Assembly (NCBI GenBank): GCA_902778135.1 | Contig: CACYWP010000001.1 | Span: 212,104 to 276,103 of the forward strand | Source: an uncultured Coriobacteriaceae bacterium | GTDB taxonomy: Bacteria; Actinomycetota; Coriobacteriia; Coriobacteriales; Atopobiaceae | Reading direction: 5' to 3' | DNA length: 64,000 nt | Shown here: in pieces, positions 50,845-59,944 of the stretch | Layout: every line of letters starts with the position of its first letter | Position numbering within the stretch: the first letter of the stretch is position 1 | The notes under the pieces: generated by a model | The model's input: the letters and a program-made list of their open reading frames with translations, nothing else | What the model was told of the DNA's origin: nothing | Database searches by the model: none | Position numbers and translations under genes: made by a program

Positions 50845-51474
50845 TCAACCGAAGCTCCTCAGCTCCTGCGGAGCGAGCCTCCTGCCCATGACCTCGTCTA
50901 TCGTCATGGCGGCCGCCCGCTTGGCGTCCGCGTCAGCGCTTGCGTAGATGTTGAGCGTCATCGCCGCGTTTGCATGGCCCATGATCGAGCTCACGGTCTT
51001 GACGTCGATTCCCTCGGCGATTGCGAAGGTGTGACGGAGGTCGTGGAAGGTCGGCCTCCTGCCTTGCGTTCCCACGAGGCCCATCGAGTCTGCGAGCGCC
51101 TTCCAAGGCCTCCAGAGCCCATGCGGCTTCATGAACGAGCCGTCCACCTCACCGAGGACGTAGATCTGGGACATGCGCTCCTCCGAGGGCTCGAGGCCCG
51201 CGACGATGAGCTCAGTCTCCTGAGCGTCCTTCCTTGCTTTCAGCTTCTCCGCGAGGGCGAGCGTGAGGGGGATGTCGCGCACGCTCGTATGCGTCTTGGG
51301 AGGCTTGACGTAGTACTTTCCGTTATCGCGTGCCACAGACCTCCTCACCCAGAGGGTGCGCTTCTTGAGGTCCACATCGGCCCACCTAAGGCCGCAGAGC
51401 TCGCCCTCTCGCATGCCGGTGGAGAGCGCCATGAGGACGGCGAGGTTGAAGGGCGTGTCCGCGGCTGCGTCGAG
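50845..51474 (-). pseudogene. Tyrosine recombinase catalytic-domain fragment truncated by direct-repeat copy 2
   Basis: Contains LSTGMREGELCGLRWADVD (R), FHDLRHTFA (HxxR) and MGHANAAMTLNIY (H...Y). The frame stays open upstream (LLDAAADTPFNLAVL) until it runs into the repeat at 51475. No N-terminal SAM/arm-binding domains. Confidence 0.8.
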
Positions 51475-51549
51475 CAGAATTCTCCGAGGTCACACATGGT
51501 GTGGCCTTTTCTTTTAGTTGAATTCTTTTGGGCCGATACCAGCAATCAC
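51475..51549 (+). repeat. 75-bp direct repeat, copy 2
   Basis: Identical to 48769-48843 except for 2 positions in the T-run. Includes the terminator hairpin (51488-51510). Confidence 0.9.
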
Positions 51550-51680
51550 ATGGTATGGGACAAAACGACTTTGCAAGCTGATAGTTCCATCGGTACCGTT
51601 TGGAATAGGTCATAGCGTGAGACGGAACCCTTGACGGTTTCGTTATAAGGAAAACGACACCTTACGACGAGATAGTCAAG

Positions 51681-51939
51681 ATGGAATTCCGAGTTGCGAA
51701 CGAAGAGCTGAAAGCCCAGTTGGAGAGCTGCAACGGCCCCGATGACATCCTGGCCCTCGCCAAGGAGGAGGGCTACGAGCTCACGGACGAGGACCTCGAG
51801 GCAGTATCCGGCGGCGATTTCTGGGGTCCTGACACGACGACCGTCACGTGCCCCGCGTGTGGTAAGACGTTCTCGAACCCCCCATCGCTACACGACCATG
51901 CCCTGCCCCAACTGCGGCGCCTATCTCGTTCAGGCGTAA
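51681..51939 (+). pseudogene. Third Nif11-like GG-leader peptide gene; core encodes a CPxCG...CPxCG zinc-ribbon-like peptide if a C6 run is read as C5
   Basis: MEFRVANEELKAQLESCNGPDDILALAKEEGYELTDEDLEAVSGG | DFWGPDTTTVTCPACGKTFSNP. The other frame after the C-run at 51878-51883 reads HRYTTMPCPNCGAYLVQA*. As written, the frame runs 351 aa, antisense through the next gene. Confidence 0.5.
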
Positions 51940-52073
51940 TGCTGGGCGGGTCCGCCCGTTGGTCAGTCAGGCTGCAGGGCCCTTGTGATGGTCGAGCCTG
52001 GCTGGACAACGTAAGGTCGTTTCTTGCTCTGCAGACGGGCGGGTGGGCGAACGGTCCGTCACCCTTGCCCTCC

Positions 52074-52556
52074 TCAGCCGAGGAACGTCATCAACCAGGC
52101 GATGAGGGCATATGCCAGGGGGAACACAACCAGTGTCCCAATCCACTTGTTGACGAGGGTCCTCCCGGCGATGTAGGGCATGAGGTCCTCGGTGCCAGGG
52201 ATGACCCAGGTGCGCGTGTGCCCGACCCACCACCAGTCGATGAAGATGCGGTCGAACAGGCCGAACACGAGGGCGATGAGGGCCATCTGCGTGAATCCCT
52301 CGCGGAAGCCCTGCGCGCCGTTTGTGCCATACACCATGTAGGGCACCAGCAGGAGCGCCGGGACGAAGAGGGCGATGCCGGCCAGAATCGTGTTGCGCCT
52401 GATGCGCCCCCTCGTGGTGAGGCCGAGCTCGACGACCCGCTCCTGAACCTCGGGCTCGTAGAAGGTGACCAGCCCGACGGGGCCGTTGGCGATGCCCACC
52501 ACGCACACGATCAGGAGCACGAAGCACATCACGATTCCCTCAAGCAAGACCAGCAT
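52074..52556 (-). CDS. Hypothetical 4-TM membrane protein (paralog of 55056-55541)
   Basis: GGGAGGA lies 7 nt upstream of the ATG at 52556. Shares the pattern G..F..GF...........D......W..H.R...IPGTED with the 55056 gene. Confidence 0.6.
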   Translation of the reverse strand: MLVLLEGIVMCFVLLIVCVVGIANGPVGLVTFYEPEVQERVVELGLTTRGRIRRNTILAGIALFVPALLLVPYMVYGTNGAQGFREGFTQMALIALVFGLFDRIFIDWWWVGHTRTWVIPGTEDLMPYIAGRTLVNKWIGTLVVFPLAYALIAWLMTFLG

Positions 52557-52730
52557 GGCACGTTCCTCCCTCGGGCCCACCTCACAGCTACCACGTCATT
52601 CTATGCGGAATCGCGACGCGAGGCGGCTCGCGTCCTACCACGAAGAAGGTCATGCCGCGCCGCTCCTTGGGAACCCCACCCTCCGGTACCGCTGGTGCAC
52701 GTCGACAGTGATGGCGAAAGGACTCTGCCC

Positions 52731-53159
52731 CTATAGATGCGCCTCGATGTTTTCCAGGACCCGCCTCAGGTAGCTGTCGAGCTGCTCGGCCTCGGCCTCG
52801 CTGAATCCGGCGTAGAAGATCTCGTTCATCTCGTCGGAGACCTCGTTGTAGTCCCTCTCGAGTGCCCGCGCCTCGTCGGTCAGGGAGATGAGCACCTTGC
52901 GACGATCCTTGCTCGTGCGCTGGCGGAGGACGAGCCCGGAGGCCTCCATCCGGTCGAGCATGCTGGTAAGCGAGGTCATCGCAAGGCCAGTCTCACGCGA
53001 CAGCTCGCTGATGGGCACCCCGTCGCGCTGCCACAGCACGAAGAGGATGCGCCCCTGCGCTCCGTTGAAGGCATCGATGTCCCTCTGGGTCAGGATGCGC
53101 TCCATCACCCGGCCACTCACCTGCTTGATGCGCGAAACCAAGAAGCCGCCGTATCGCAT
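52731..53159 (-). CDS. MarR-family transcriptional regulator
   Basis: wHTH ISELSRETGLAMTSLTSMLDRMEASGLV.R....DRR. It lies upstream of the membrane protein on the same strand. Confidence 0.85.
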   Translation of the reverse strand: MRYGGFLVSRIKQVSGRVMERILTQRDIDAFNGAQGRILFVLWQRDGVPISELSRETGLAMTSLTSMLDRMEASGLVLRQRTSKDRRKVLISLTDEARALERDYNEVSDEMNEIFYAGFSEAEAEQLDSYLRRVLENIEAHL

Positions 53160-53289
53160 GGCCACCGTCCTTCGACATATCATACTAAATAGGATTGTAC
53201 TATATAGGAATATATGAGACAATGGCTTTGCAGAGCACAGACGTGTTCACCCGAGACACCTCGGATGCCAAACGGAAGGGGAGACGCAC

Positions 53290-53649
53290 ATGGATAAGGA
53301 ACTGTTTGACTACACCGCCCAGAAGGTCGAGGAGCTGCTGGCTGCCCCCTCGAGCTCCAAGGTGACGCTCGACGCCGCCCAGGCCTGGAAGGACGCCATC
53401 GCCTCCGGTGCCGACGCAGACGTCGCGACCACCGCGCTGCTCGACGCCATCGACCAGCATCACACCACCATCGACGAGCTCATCGCCTTCGCCAGCGGTG
53501 CCGCCAAGGACATCATGGGCGAGGAGGTTGCCGCCGGCATGCTCGCACACGCCCAGGAGATCAAGGCCCAGGGCGCCAAGTACTGCGACTGCGCAGCCTG
53601 CACCGCCACGCACGAGCTGCTCGCCAAGCACGGCCGTCCCGTCCTGTAG
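53290..53649 (+). CDS. Small acidic helical protein with C-terminal CDCAAC motif (119 aa)
   Basis: Clean ORF with GC3-rich usage, ending ...GAKYCDCAACTATHELLAKHG. A strong terminator follows. No function assigned. Confidence 0.55.
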   Translation: MDKELFDYTAQKVEELLAAPSSSKVTLDAAQAWKDAIASGADADVATTALLDAIDQHHTTIDELIAFASGAAKDIMGEEVAAGMLAHAQEIKAQGAKYCDCAACTATHELLAKHGRPVL

Positions 53650-53735
53650 GTGAAAGCAGCAACGCCGCAGGCATAGCTGGCAACGGTACGCGGGCTCCAC
53701 TTCGGTCTGCGGATGCCACGCCATAGATGGTTCTC

Positions 53736-53767
53736 GGCAGCGTCACCCACGGGTGGCGCTGCCTTTT
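53736..53767 (+). terminator. Rho-independent terminator
   Basis: The GGCAGCGTCACC...GGTGGCGCTGCC stem is followed by TTTT. Confidence 0.65.
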
Positions 53768-53899
53768 GTCGATGGCGTCGGGTGCGACGCCGGACATGGT
53801 GTGACGAGCGCCCCGGCAGCGGACCTACCATAGGGATGGGGGAGCCGCACCCTCAAGGCGACCTGTCAGTCAACACCCAGAACCGTGGAGGCAACCCAC

Positions 53900-55030
53900 A
53901 TGAGCCCAGAGGAGTTCAACCAGCAGTACCGCAGCGACACGAGGGAGCTCGTGGTGCGCATCGCGTGGTGCTGGTCGAAGAAGAGCGGCCCGTTTTCGCA
54001 GGTGGGGAACCTCTACCACGCGAAGGCGCGCTTCGACCAGGCCCTTGACGTGCGCACGGGGGAGATCGTGGGCAAGGGATGCACGAACTGGCTCGAGTGG
54101 CTCACGCCCAAGCGGCGCCTGGGGCATCCGTACGGGTTCGCCTTCCAGGTGGGTCACCTCTACCGGCTGCTCGTGCGCGAGGCCCGCTCCGATGCCGACG
54201 GCGCCTCCACGCGCAGCTACTGCGTGGAGCGGATGCTGGCGGCCGACGTGACGGAGCCACGGCTCGATCCCTACCTGCAGTTTGCGGCCGCCTACCACGA
54301 GCGCGAGGTCGAGCGCTGGCTGCTGATGGAGGGCGGTCCCCTGGGCTGGGCAAACGTGCTGGGGTACCGCCGCGCAGCCGTGCGCTTCGTCGCCATGGCG
54401 GAGGGGGAGACCGACGAGCCCGTGGCATGCGACGGGCTCGTGCGCTGGATGGAGCGCGAGGACACGCGCAGGACGCGCTTCGACGAGATGTGCGTCTACA
54501 GGGTGCGGGTGCGCGAGGGCAGGGAGGACCCCAGCTCCCTCATGCTGGTGAAGGTCGTCCGCAAGCTCGGGGACCCGCGCTTCGACGCCCTGCGGGAGGA
54601 GTACCTGCGGCCGGTCGAGCTGGAGAGCCCGCTGGGCACCTTCGTGCTCAACCGTCGCTACGACTGGTTCGAGGGAGCCATCGACTATCTGGGCAACCCC
54701 TGTGACGTGCTGCTTCACGTGGCCGAGGGCTCGACGGACGGGTCCCGCGCGCTGCGTCGGCTGGAGGCGGTCTGCGCGGACCTTGCCGCGCTGGACCGGA
54801 AGGCGCGGTCGTACGCTGCCGACGAGATGCTGGAGGACGCCTGCGACTGGTGCGAGGAGGACCTCACGCGCGACGATTTCATGGCACGCATGTGCGACGT
54901 CTCGCTGAGCGTTGATGAGGACTGCTCCGTCGAGCTCTGCTATCGGGACGGAGGGATGTTCGCGGGCCACGTGATCGTGGTCGAGATGGACGCGGACGAC
55001 GAGTTCGTGCAGGCGGACATCATGGGGTAG
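53900..55030 (+). CDS. Hypothetical protein (376 aa); C-terminal half resembles DUF2262-type modules
   Basis: GGAGG lies 8 nt upstream of the ATG at 53900. The C-terminal pattern is W.....T...F..R.....S.......L.Y.D...F.GH.I.V. The family call is tentative. Confidence 0.5.
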   Translation: MSPEEFNQQYRSDTRELVVRIAWCWSKKSGPFSQVGNLYHAKARFDQALDVRTGEIVGKGCTNWLEWLTPKRRLGHPYGFAFQVGHLYRLLVREARSDADGASTRSYCVERMLAADVTEPRLDPYLQFAAAYHEREVERWLLMEGGPLGWANVLGYRRAAVRFVAMAEGETDEPVACDGLVRWMEREDTRRTRFDEMCVYRVRVREGREDPSSLMLVKVVRKLGDPRFDALREEYLRPVELESPLGTFVLNRRYDWFEGAIDYLGNPCDVLLHVAEGSTDGSRALRRLEAVCADLAALDRKARSYAADEMLEDACDWCEEDLTRDDFMARMCDVSLSVDEDCSVELCYRDGGMFAGHVIVVEMDADDEFVQADIMG

Positions 55031-55055
55031 GGGAGCGGACCTGCGGCAACAGGCG

Positions 55056-55541
55056 CTAGAGCAGTCGCACCAACAGGCCGACGAGCAGGCATACGGGCAG
55101 GCCGATGGCCGAGCCGATGCAGGACTGCCTGACGTGGAAGAGGTAGTCCTGGTACTCGGGCATGTCCTCGGTGCCGGGGATGCGGACCCGCCTGGAGTGG
55201 CAGAACCATCCGCAGTCGACGGCGATGGCATCCCACCAGGCGATGGCGAGCCAGATGACGTAGGAGTCGCGGAAGCCCTGCCAGAACGTGGTGTCACCGT
55301 TCACCTTCGCGAGCAGGAGCACGAGGGAGACCAGAAGCACGACGACGCCGACGGCCTTGCGAACGAGGTCTGTGGCCGTGAACCTCCTCTCGTGCGCCTC
55401 CACGATGCCCAGCTCCTCGCAGCGCCTGCGGATCGCGGGCGGGTAGTCGCCGATCCAGGCAAGCGGGTCCTTCGCCGTGCTCGGGACGACGATGGCCGTG
55501 AACAGCGCGATGGCAAGTGCGGACTCGATGGCAAGGACCAT
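55056..55541 (-). CDS. Hypothetical 4-TM membrane protein (paralog of 52074-52556)
   Basis: GGAGGC lies upstream of the ATG at 55541. Shares the FWQGFRDSY...WWD...HSRRVRIPGTED pattern with the 52074 gene. Confidence 0.6.
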   Translation of the reverse strand: MVLAIESALAIALFTAIVVPSTAKDPLAWIGDYPPAIRRRCEELGIVEAHERRFTATDLVRKAVGVVVLLVSLVLLLAKVNGDTTFWQGFRDSYVIWLAIAWWDAIAVDCGWFCHSRRVRIPGTEDMPEYQDYLFHVRQSCIGSAIGLPVCLLVGLLVRLL

Positions 55542-55788
55542 GGGGCCTCCGCCTTCCGGGGGATCGATAAAGTTATACGATATTAATTCTAGGGCATGGG
55601 GGAGGTTGTGAGGCGGGAGATGCATGCGTTGTTGCGCACCGGAACCTCGCCGCCGTCCACAAGCTAGGCTGATGTCGGAGAGCCTGCCGTGCAGGATGTG
55701 TCTGAGGACAGGCAGTGAAAGCGTCCTGCTCGATACATCGCGCAGGACGCATTCACTGTCTTGAGATGCAGATCGTATGGCCGAAAAA

Positions 55789-56799
55789 TCACTCTGATAT
55801 GTTTACGTCCAAGGAAATTGGAATCCTATAGAGGGCGCTACCCGAACCAGCTTCGGCAATACCAACCAACGACTCGATAGAGCTGTATTCACCGATGCCA
55901 TCCGGGATGTCGGAATCGTGAATCTCGCATTCCATCACGCCCGTATAACCAGAAGGAATCGAATTGTCTACATAGTATGCCCCTACCTGCTGATTGTTGA
56001 TTGCCGTATAGGAAGAGAAAAGGTAGGCAACTATCGTCTTATCACTGGAATTGGCAACCTCAAGATCGAGGTAATATGCTGGTATTTCATAGCGCGTATC
56101 GTGGACAAAGCCCTTTACCCTAATCGTTCCGTATTCGCCCTCATAGATCAAAGGCGTAGGGTCATCTTTCGTGACACGAATCGGGACAACCTTTACGACA
56201 AGACCAAGCTTGCCTTCGTTGCCCGCTTCGTCTTTTGCAACTAGGGTGACGGGATACTCTGCCGCACTTTGAGTGTCGAAACTGCCCGTAGCGCTGTCAT
56301 AGGCATCGCTTTCGCAGTCGATATGGTAGTCAAGCTGCCCTTCGGTCACGTCATCCGTCACCTTGAGCTTTTCGCCAAGATACTCATCCAAGTTGAACTC
56401 GACTCCACCCTTGACTTCGATTGTCGCGCCATCCTCAAGTCCGGCAAATGTTGGGGCGGTCTTGTCGTTCTCGATGGCAAACTGCTTCTCTAGTGTCGGG
56501 AGCTGCTTCACCGCTTCTTCCAGTGCGGCGTAGTTGCTGACCTGGCCCTTTTGGTCATCAGTGAGGGCGTCATAAAGCGACCGTGCCTGTTTGATGCCGT
56601 CGATATCAGAGACCTCGATCTCTCCCAACCCATCAATGGCATCAATGACGGCTTTCACCTCTTGGTCTACGCCATTGTCAACGCCCTGGTTTGCGCCTTG
56701 GGTTGCGGCCTGGTCTGCACCCCGGTTTGCGCCACATCCAGAGAGCAGAAGCACTCCCGACAGCATCACTCCGAGCAATGCACGCTTATTCATGTTCAT
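55789..56799 (-). CDS. Lipoprotein with Ig-like middle domain (lower-GC gene)
   Basis: Signal peptide plus lipobox LLLSGC, and visibly AT-richer codon usage than the core genome. The start could be the ATG at 56793. Confidence 0.7.
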   Translation of the reverse strand: MNMNKRALLGVMLSGVLLLSGCGANRGADQAATQGANQGVDNGVDQEVKAVIDAIDGLGEIEVSDIDGIKQARSLYDALTDDQKGQVSNYAALEEAVKQLPTLEKQFAIENDKTAPTFAGLEDGATIEVKGGVEFNLDEYLGEKLKVTDDVTEGQLDYHIDCESDAYDSATGSFDTQSAAEYPVTLVAKDEAGNEGKLGLVVKVVPIRVTKDDPTPLIYEGEYGTIRVKGFVHDTRYEIPAYYLDLEVANSSDKTIVAYLFSSYTAINNQQVGAYYVDNSIPSGYTGVMECEIHDSDIPDGIGEYSSIESLVGIAEAGSGSALYRIPISLDVNISE

Positions 56800-56884
56800 C
56801 CTTTCGTCAGTCTATTCACTAGATGATAGGTTGAGCTTCGAATGGGATAGCCGCCAATTTCATATTCGTTTACTCTTGACGATA

Positions 56885-57418
56885 CTAATTGGTTTCCCGT
56901 TTCTTCTGCAGCACCATCCTGAGGTTCGTCACCTCTCCGCCGAGGTCAAGCGTCTGGCTTTTGCCGTCGAACCGAAAGCCGAGGCGCTCGTAGAAGCGTA
57001 TGGCACGCTCGTTTCCCTTAAGGACCCAAACGACGACTTTGTCGCAGCCCGGCATATTCTGGATGGCGGCATTCATGAGTCCCGCGCCTACGCCCTGGCC
57101 GTAATAGTTGTTTAGCAGATATATGGCGTAGACTTCGCCGGCGCCATGCATGTCCTCATCCCGACAGAGGCCGTAGTCGGCGAAGCCGATGACCTCATCG
57201 TTGTCCTTTGCTAGCAGCGTGCTGATGCCTGCATGGAAGGCCTGCAAGGACCTTTCTACGGAAAGCTCGAGCATCCTCGAGTCGAGGAAGTCCTGGTCTA
57301 GGAGGCCGCGATAGGCCTCCTTCCAGGCCGTGCAGTGCACGTGCGCCTTCCCCCTGGCCTCTTCCTCGCTGGTCATCGGCACGATCGGGACCTGCACGGC
57401 TTTCGCCTCCTTCGACAT
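56885..57418 (-). CDS. GNAT-family N-acetyltransferase
   Basis: Motif A is LLNNYYGQGVGAGLMNAAI, followed by RAIRFYERLGF. Confidence 0.85.
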   Translation of the reverse strand: MSKEAKAVQVPIVPMTSEEEARGKAHVHCTAWKEAYRGLLDQDFLDSRMLELSVERSLQAFHAGISTLLAKDNDEVIGFADYGLCRDEDMHGAGEVYAIYLLNNYYGQGVGAGLMNAAIQNMPGCDKVVVWVLKGNERAIRFYERLGFRFDGKSQTLDLGGEVTNLRMVLQKKRETN

Positions 57419-57722
57419 TTTCTTCTCGGCATTTTAGGGCACGCGGGTGTTTGTGACGCGGGCGGATGCTTCACCTGACCTTATCGGCTGGACTATCGGA
57501 GGTGACGCATGCGACATGGCGTGTGGGAGACTCTCTGCAGTGTTCTTGTCTTCGTGGTTGTTAACTAGCCAGGCGTGGTAGAAAGCTAGTCAGAGTTAGT
57601 CCCTAGACACGATCCGTATACATAGCCTACTGCCTGCGTATTCTACCAGATAGGCGCGGCGTAACGACTAGTTGTGACGTATGGGGCAGATATAATGACC
57701 GTATGTTCGAGGGAGGAAGAAG

Positions 57723-58060
57723 ATGAGCGACTTTGAACGAATACGCAAGGCAGTAATTGAGTTCAGAGACAAACGGGATTGGAGACAGTTCCATAATCCT
57801 AAGGACCTCGCCATCTCGCTTTCGCTCGAGGCGGCTGAGCTGCTGGAGACCTTTCAGTGGTCGGGAGACGGTTTTTGGTGCACGGAGAAAGCTGCGGAGC
57901 AGCAGGCTGAACTCGCTGATGTTCTTATTTACGCAATAATGCTTGCCGATAGGTTGGGCATAGATCCAGTGCAACCATAGCTGTAAAGCTCGATGAAAAC
58001 GAACGGAAGTACCCAGCGGACAAAGCACGCGGTAAGTCGGATAAACATACGGAACTCTAG
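57723..58060 (+). pseudogene. MazG-like nucleotide pyrophosphohydrolase, frameshifted near the 3' end
   Basis: Contains RDWRQFHNPKDLAISLSLEAAELLETFQW and ELADVLIYAIMLADRLGID. A stop follows at 57978, but the next frame continues TIAVKLDENERKYPADKARGKSDKHTEL*, the expected family C-terminus. The shift is near 57972. Confidence 0.7.
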
Positions 58061-58201
58061 CGTAAGAACGATTACGTAGTGCTGATGATGTTCACCAAGC
58101 GCGCCGTGCTTGCCGAAAGACGGTATGCTTAACAAAAATGGAGTGACTACGTAGAGAGCATACCAACGGACGGGTTTTCCGCTGTGGTCGGAGAGTGTTA
58201 T

Positions 58202-59944
58202 ATGACAAACACTGCCAACACAAATCCATCCCACCCTGAAGGGGCTGACTTCATCATCGGTCAGGTCGATTTCAATGACATGTTTGCGCAGCAGCTTGCC
58301 GTCGAATACAAGGGCAGAATCCCAGAGGACAGAATTCAAAACTGGCCAATGGTCTACATCCTCAGCAACGAAGAAGAAGCATACGTTGGGCAGACGACAA
58401 GTCTTGCTAGGAGGATGACGCAACACGGCGCCAACCCTGAGAAGAAAGCTTTTCGGAAGGTAAATGCAATCTACAACCAGGAGTTCAATGCGTCCGTAGT
58501 CTTGGACTACGAGCACAGGCTCATTGATTTAATGCACGGCGATGGCCACTTCCGTCTGACAAACAAAAACTCTGGCCAATCTCCCACCAACTACTTTTCA
58601 CGCGATGCATACGCGGCAATGTTTGACGAGCTTTGGGATGAACTAAAGGCAATGGAGCTCGTTGACAACTCCATTGATACGGTCGAGCAGTCGGAAGCCT
58701 TCAAGTTTTCGCCATTCAAGGTACTGAATGCAGATCAAGAAGTAGCGCTGCAATTGATAGTATCAGCGATTGGCGATGGGCTGTTGAACGGTAATCCGCA
58801 GAATACGAGACCGATTGTCGTTCAGGGTATGCCAGGCACAGGCAAGACCGTACTTGCAATATCGCTTCTCAAGGTCCTTAAGGACCTCGCGGTATCAGAC
58901 AGTCCTGAATACGCTCACTTCCACGGGATTAACGTACGTCTCCTCGAGCCGGTCACCGGACTTCGAGAAACCATACGGAGAGCTCTGAGTAAGACGGTCA
59001 ATCTTGACGCGAACGACATCATTGGACCTAACGATCTCGGTAAAGCTGAGTTCGGATGCACTCCTAGAGGCAAGGGATTCGACGTGGTGCTCGTTGACGA
59101 AGCCCATAAGCTCTCTATGAGGAAGAACATGCCGCCCTTGCAGTATGCGTATTACGACGGTGTGACGGATACGCTTGGACTACCGCACGCAGCACCGCAG
59201 ATCGACTGGGTTTTAGACCAAGTGCGAATTCCGGTCTTCTTCTACGATCCGCTTCAGATTGTTGGCCCTAAAAGCGTTGGGGAAGCGGTGATGACCAATC
59301 GCCTTGGCCAGGCACTCGAGCAGCCGATTGAGCTACACAGTCAAATGCGCGTAAAGGGCGGGGACGACTACCTCGAATACGTAAGGCAGATGCTATTTGA
59401 CGAAAACCCAGACCCAAGGACTTTCGACGACTACGAGCTGTCACTTCACATGGATTTTAAAGAGTTCGAGAGTCTTTTCGAGGAGACGTTGGAGCACCAT
59501 TCGCTGACACGCATGGTGGCCGGGTACGCATGGAAATGGAAGACCAGAGATAGCAAAGATTCGCAGCTATTTGACATAGAGCTTGATGGGGTGGGAAAGC
59601 GCTGGAACAGAACCTTCCGCGATTGGGTCGGAAAGGGCGTTGACAATCCCGACATAGCGCATGAGGTCGGATGTATCCATTCGGTGCAAGGCTATGACCT
59701 CTCCCACGCCTTCGTAATCGTTGGCTGGGACTTGCGGTACAGTACCCTAACGCAGTCGCTCCTGGTTGACAAGAAATCATACTGCGACAGAAACGGTAAA
59801 TATGGGGCTTCAAACGAAGAGCTCGACCGATATATTCGCAACATCTACTACGTCCTCATGACACGAGGTATCGAGGCTACGCACCTCTATGTCTGTGATC
59901 CAGCGCTGAGAGAGTACTTCGGCAGGTTTATGACTGCTTGTTAG
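58202..59944 (+). CDS. GIY-YIG nuclease-like domain fused to a DUF2075 (Schlafen-type SF1-like) P-loop ATPase
   Basis: N-terminus: VYILSNEEEAYVGQTTSLARRMTQH...N...E (GIY-YIG pattern). Walker A GMPGTGKT, Walker B VVLVDEAHKL, and C-terminal SVQGYDL and YVLMTRG motifs. Confidence 0.8.
   Translation: MTNTANTNPSHPEGADFIIGQVDFNDMFAQQLAVEYKGRIPEDRIQNWPMVYILSNEEEAYVGQTTSLARRMTQHGANPEKKAFRKVNAIYNQEFNASVVLDYEHRLIDLMHGDGHFRLTNKNSGQSPTNYFSRDAYAAMFDELWDELKAMELVDNSIDTVEQSEAFKFSPFKVLNADQEVALQLIVSAIGDGLLNGNPQNTRPIVVQGMPGTGKTVLAISLLKVLKDLAVSDSPEYAHFHGINVRLLEPVTGLRETIRRALSKTVNLDANDIIGPNDLGKAEFGCTPRGKGFDVVLVDEAHKLSMRKNMPPLQYAYYDGVTDTLGLPHAAPQIDWVLDQVRIPVFFYDPLQIVGPKSVGEAVMTNRLGQALEQPIELHSQMRVKGGDDYLEYVRQMLFDENPDPRTFDDYELSLHMDFKEFESLFEETLEHHSLTRMVAGYAWKWKTRDSKDSQLFDIELDGVGKRWNRTFRDWVGKGVDNPDIAHEVGCIHSVQGYDLSHAFVIVGWDLRYSTLTQSLLVDKKSYCDRNGKYGASNEELDRYIRNIYYVLMTRGIEATHLYVCDPALREYFGRFMTAC

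Larger units (their letters stand above)
48844..51549. mobile_element. Degenerate integrated element at tRNA-Pro (AbiE module plus truncated integrase)
   Basis: Bounded by the 75-bp direct repeats. Carries a tyrosine-recombinase fragment, AbiEi/AbiEii, AT-richer non-coding DNA and short phased repeats. Confidence 0.6.

Noticed and set aside
51681-52736. 351-aa ORF continuing from the third GG-leader peptide
   Set aside because: Beyond about codon 70 it is antisense to the 52074-52556 membrane protein gene and has no protein-like features. It is interpreted as read-through caused by the C6-run frameshift.
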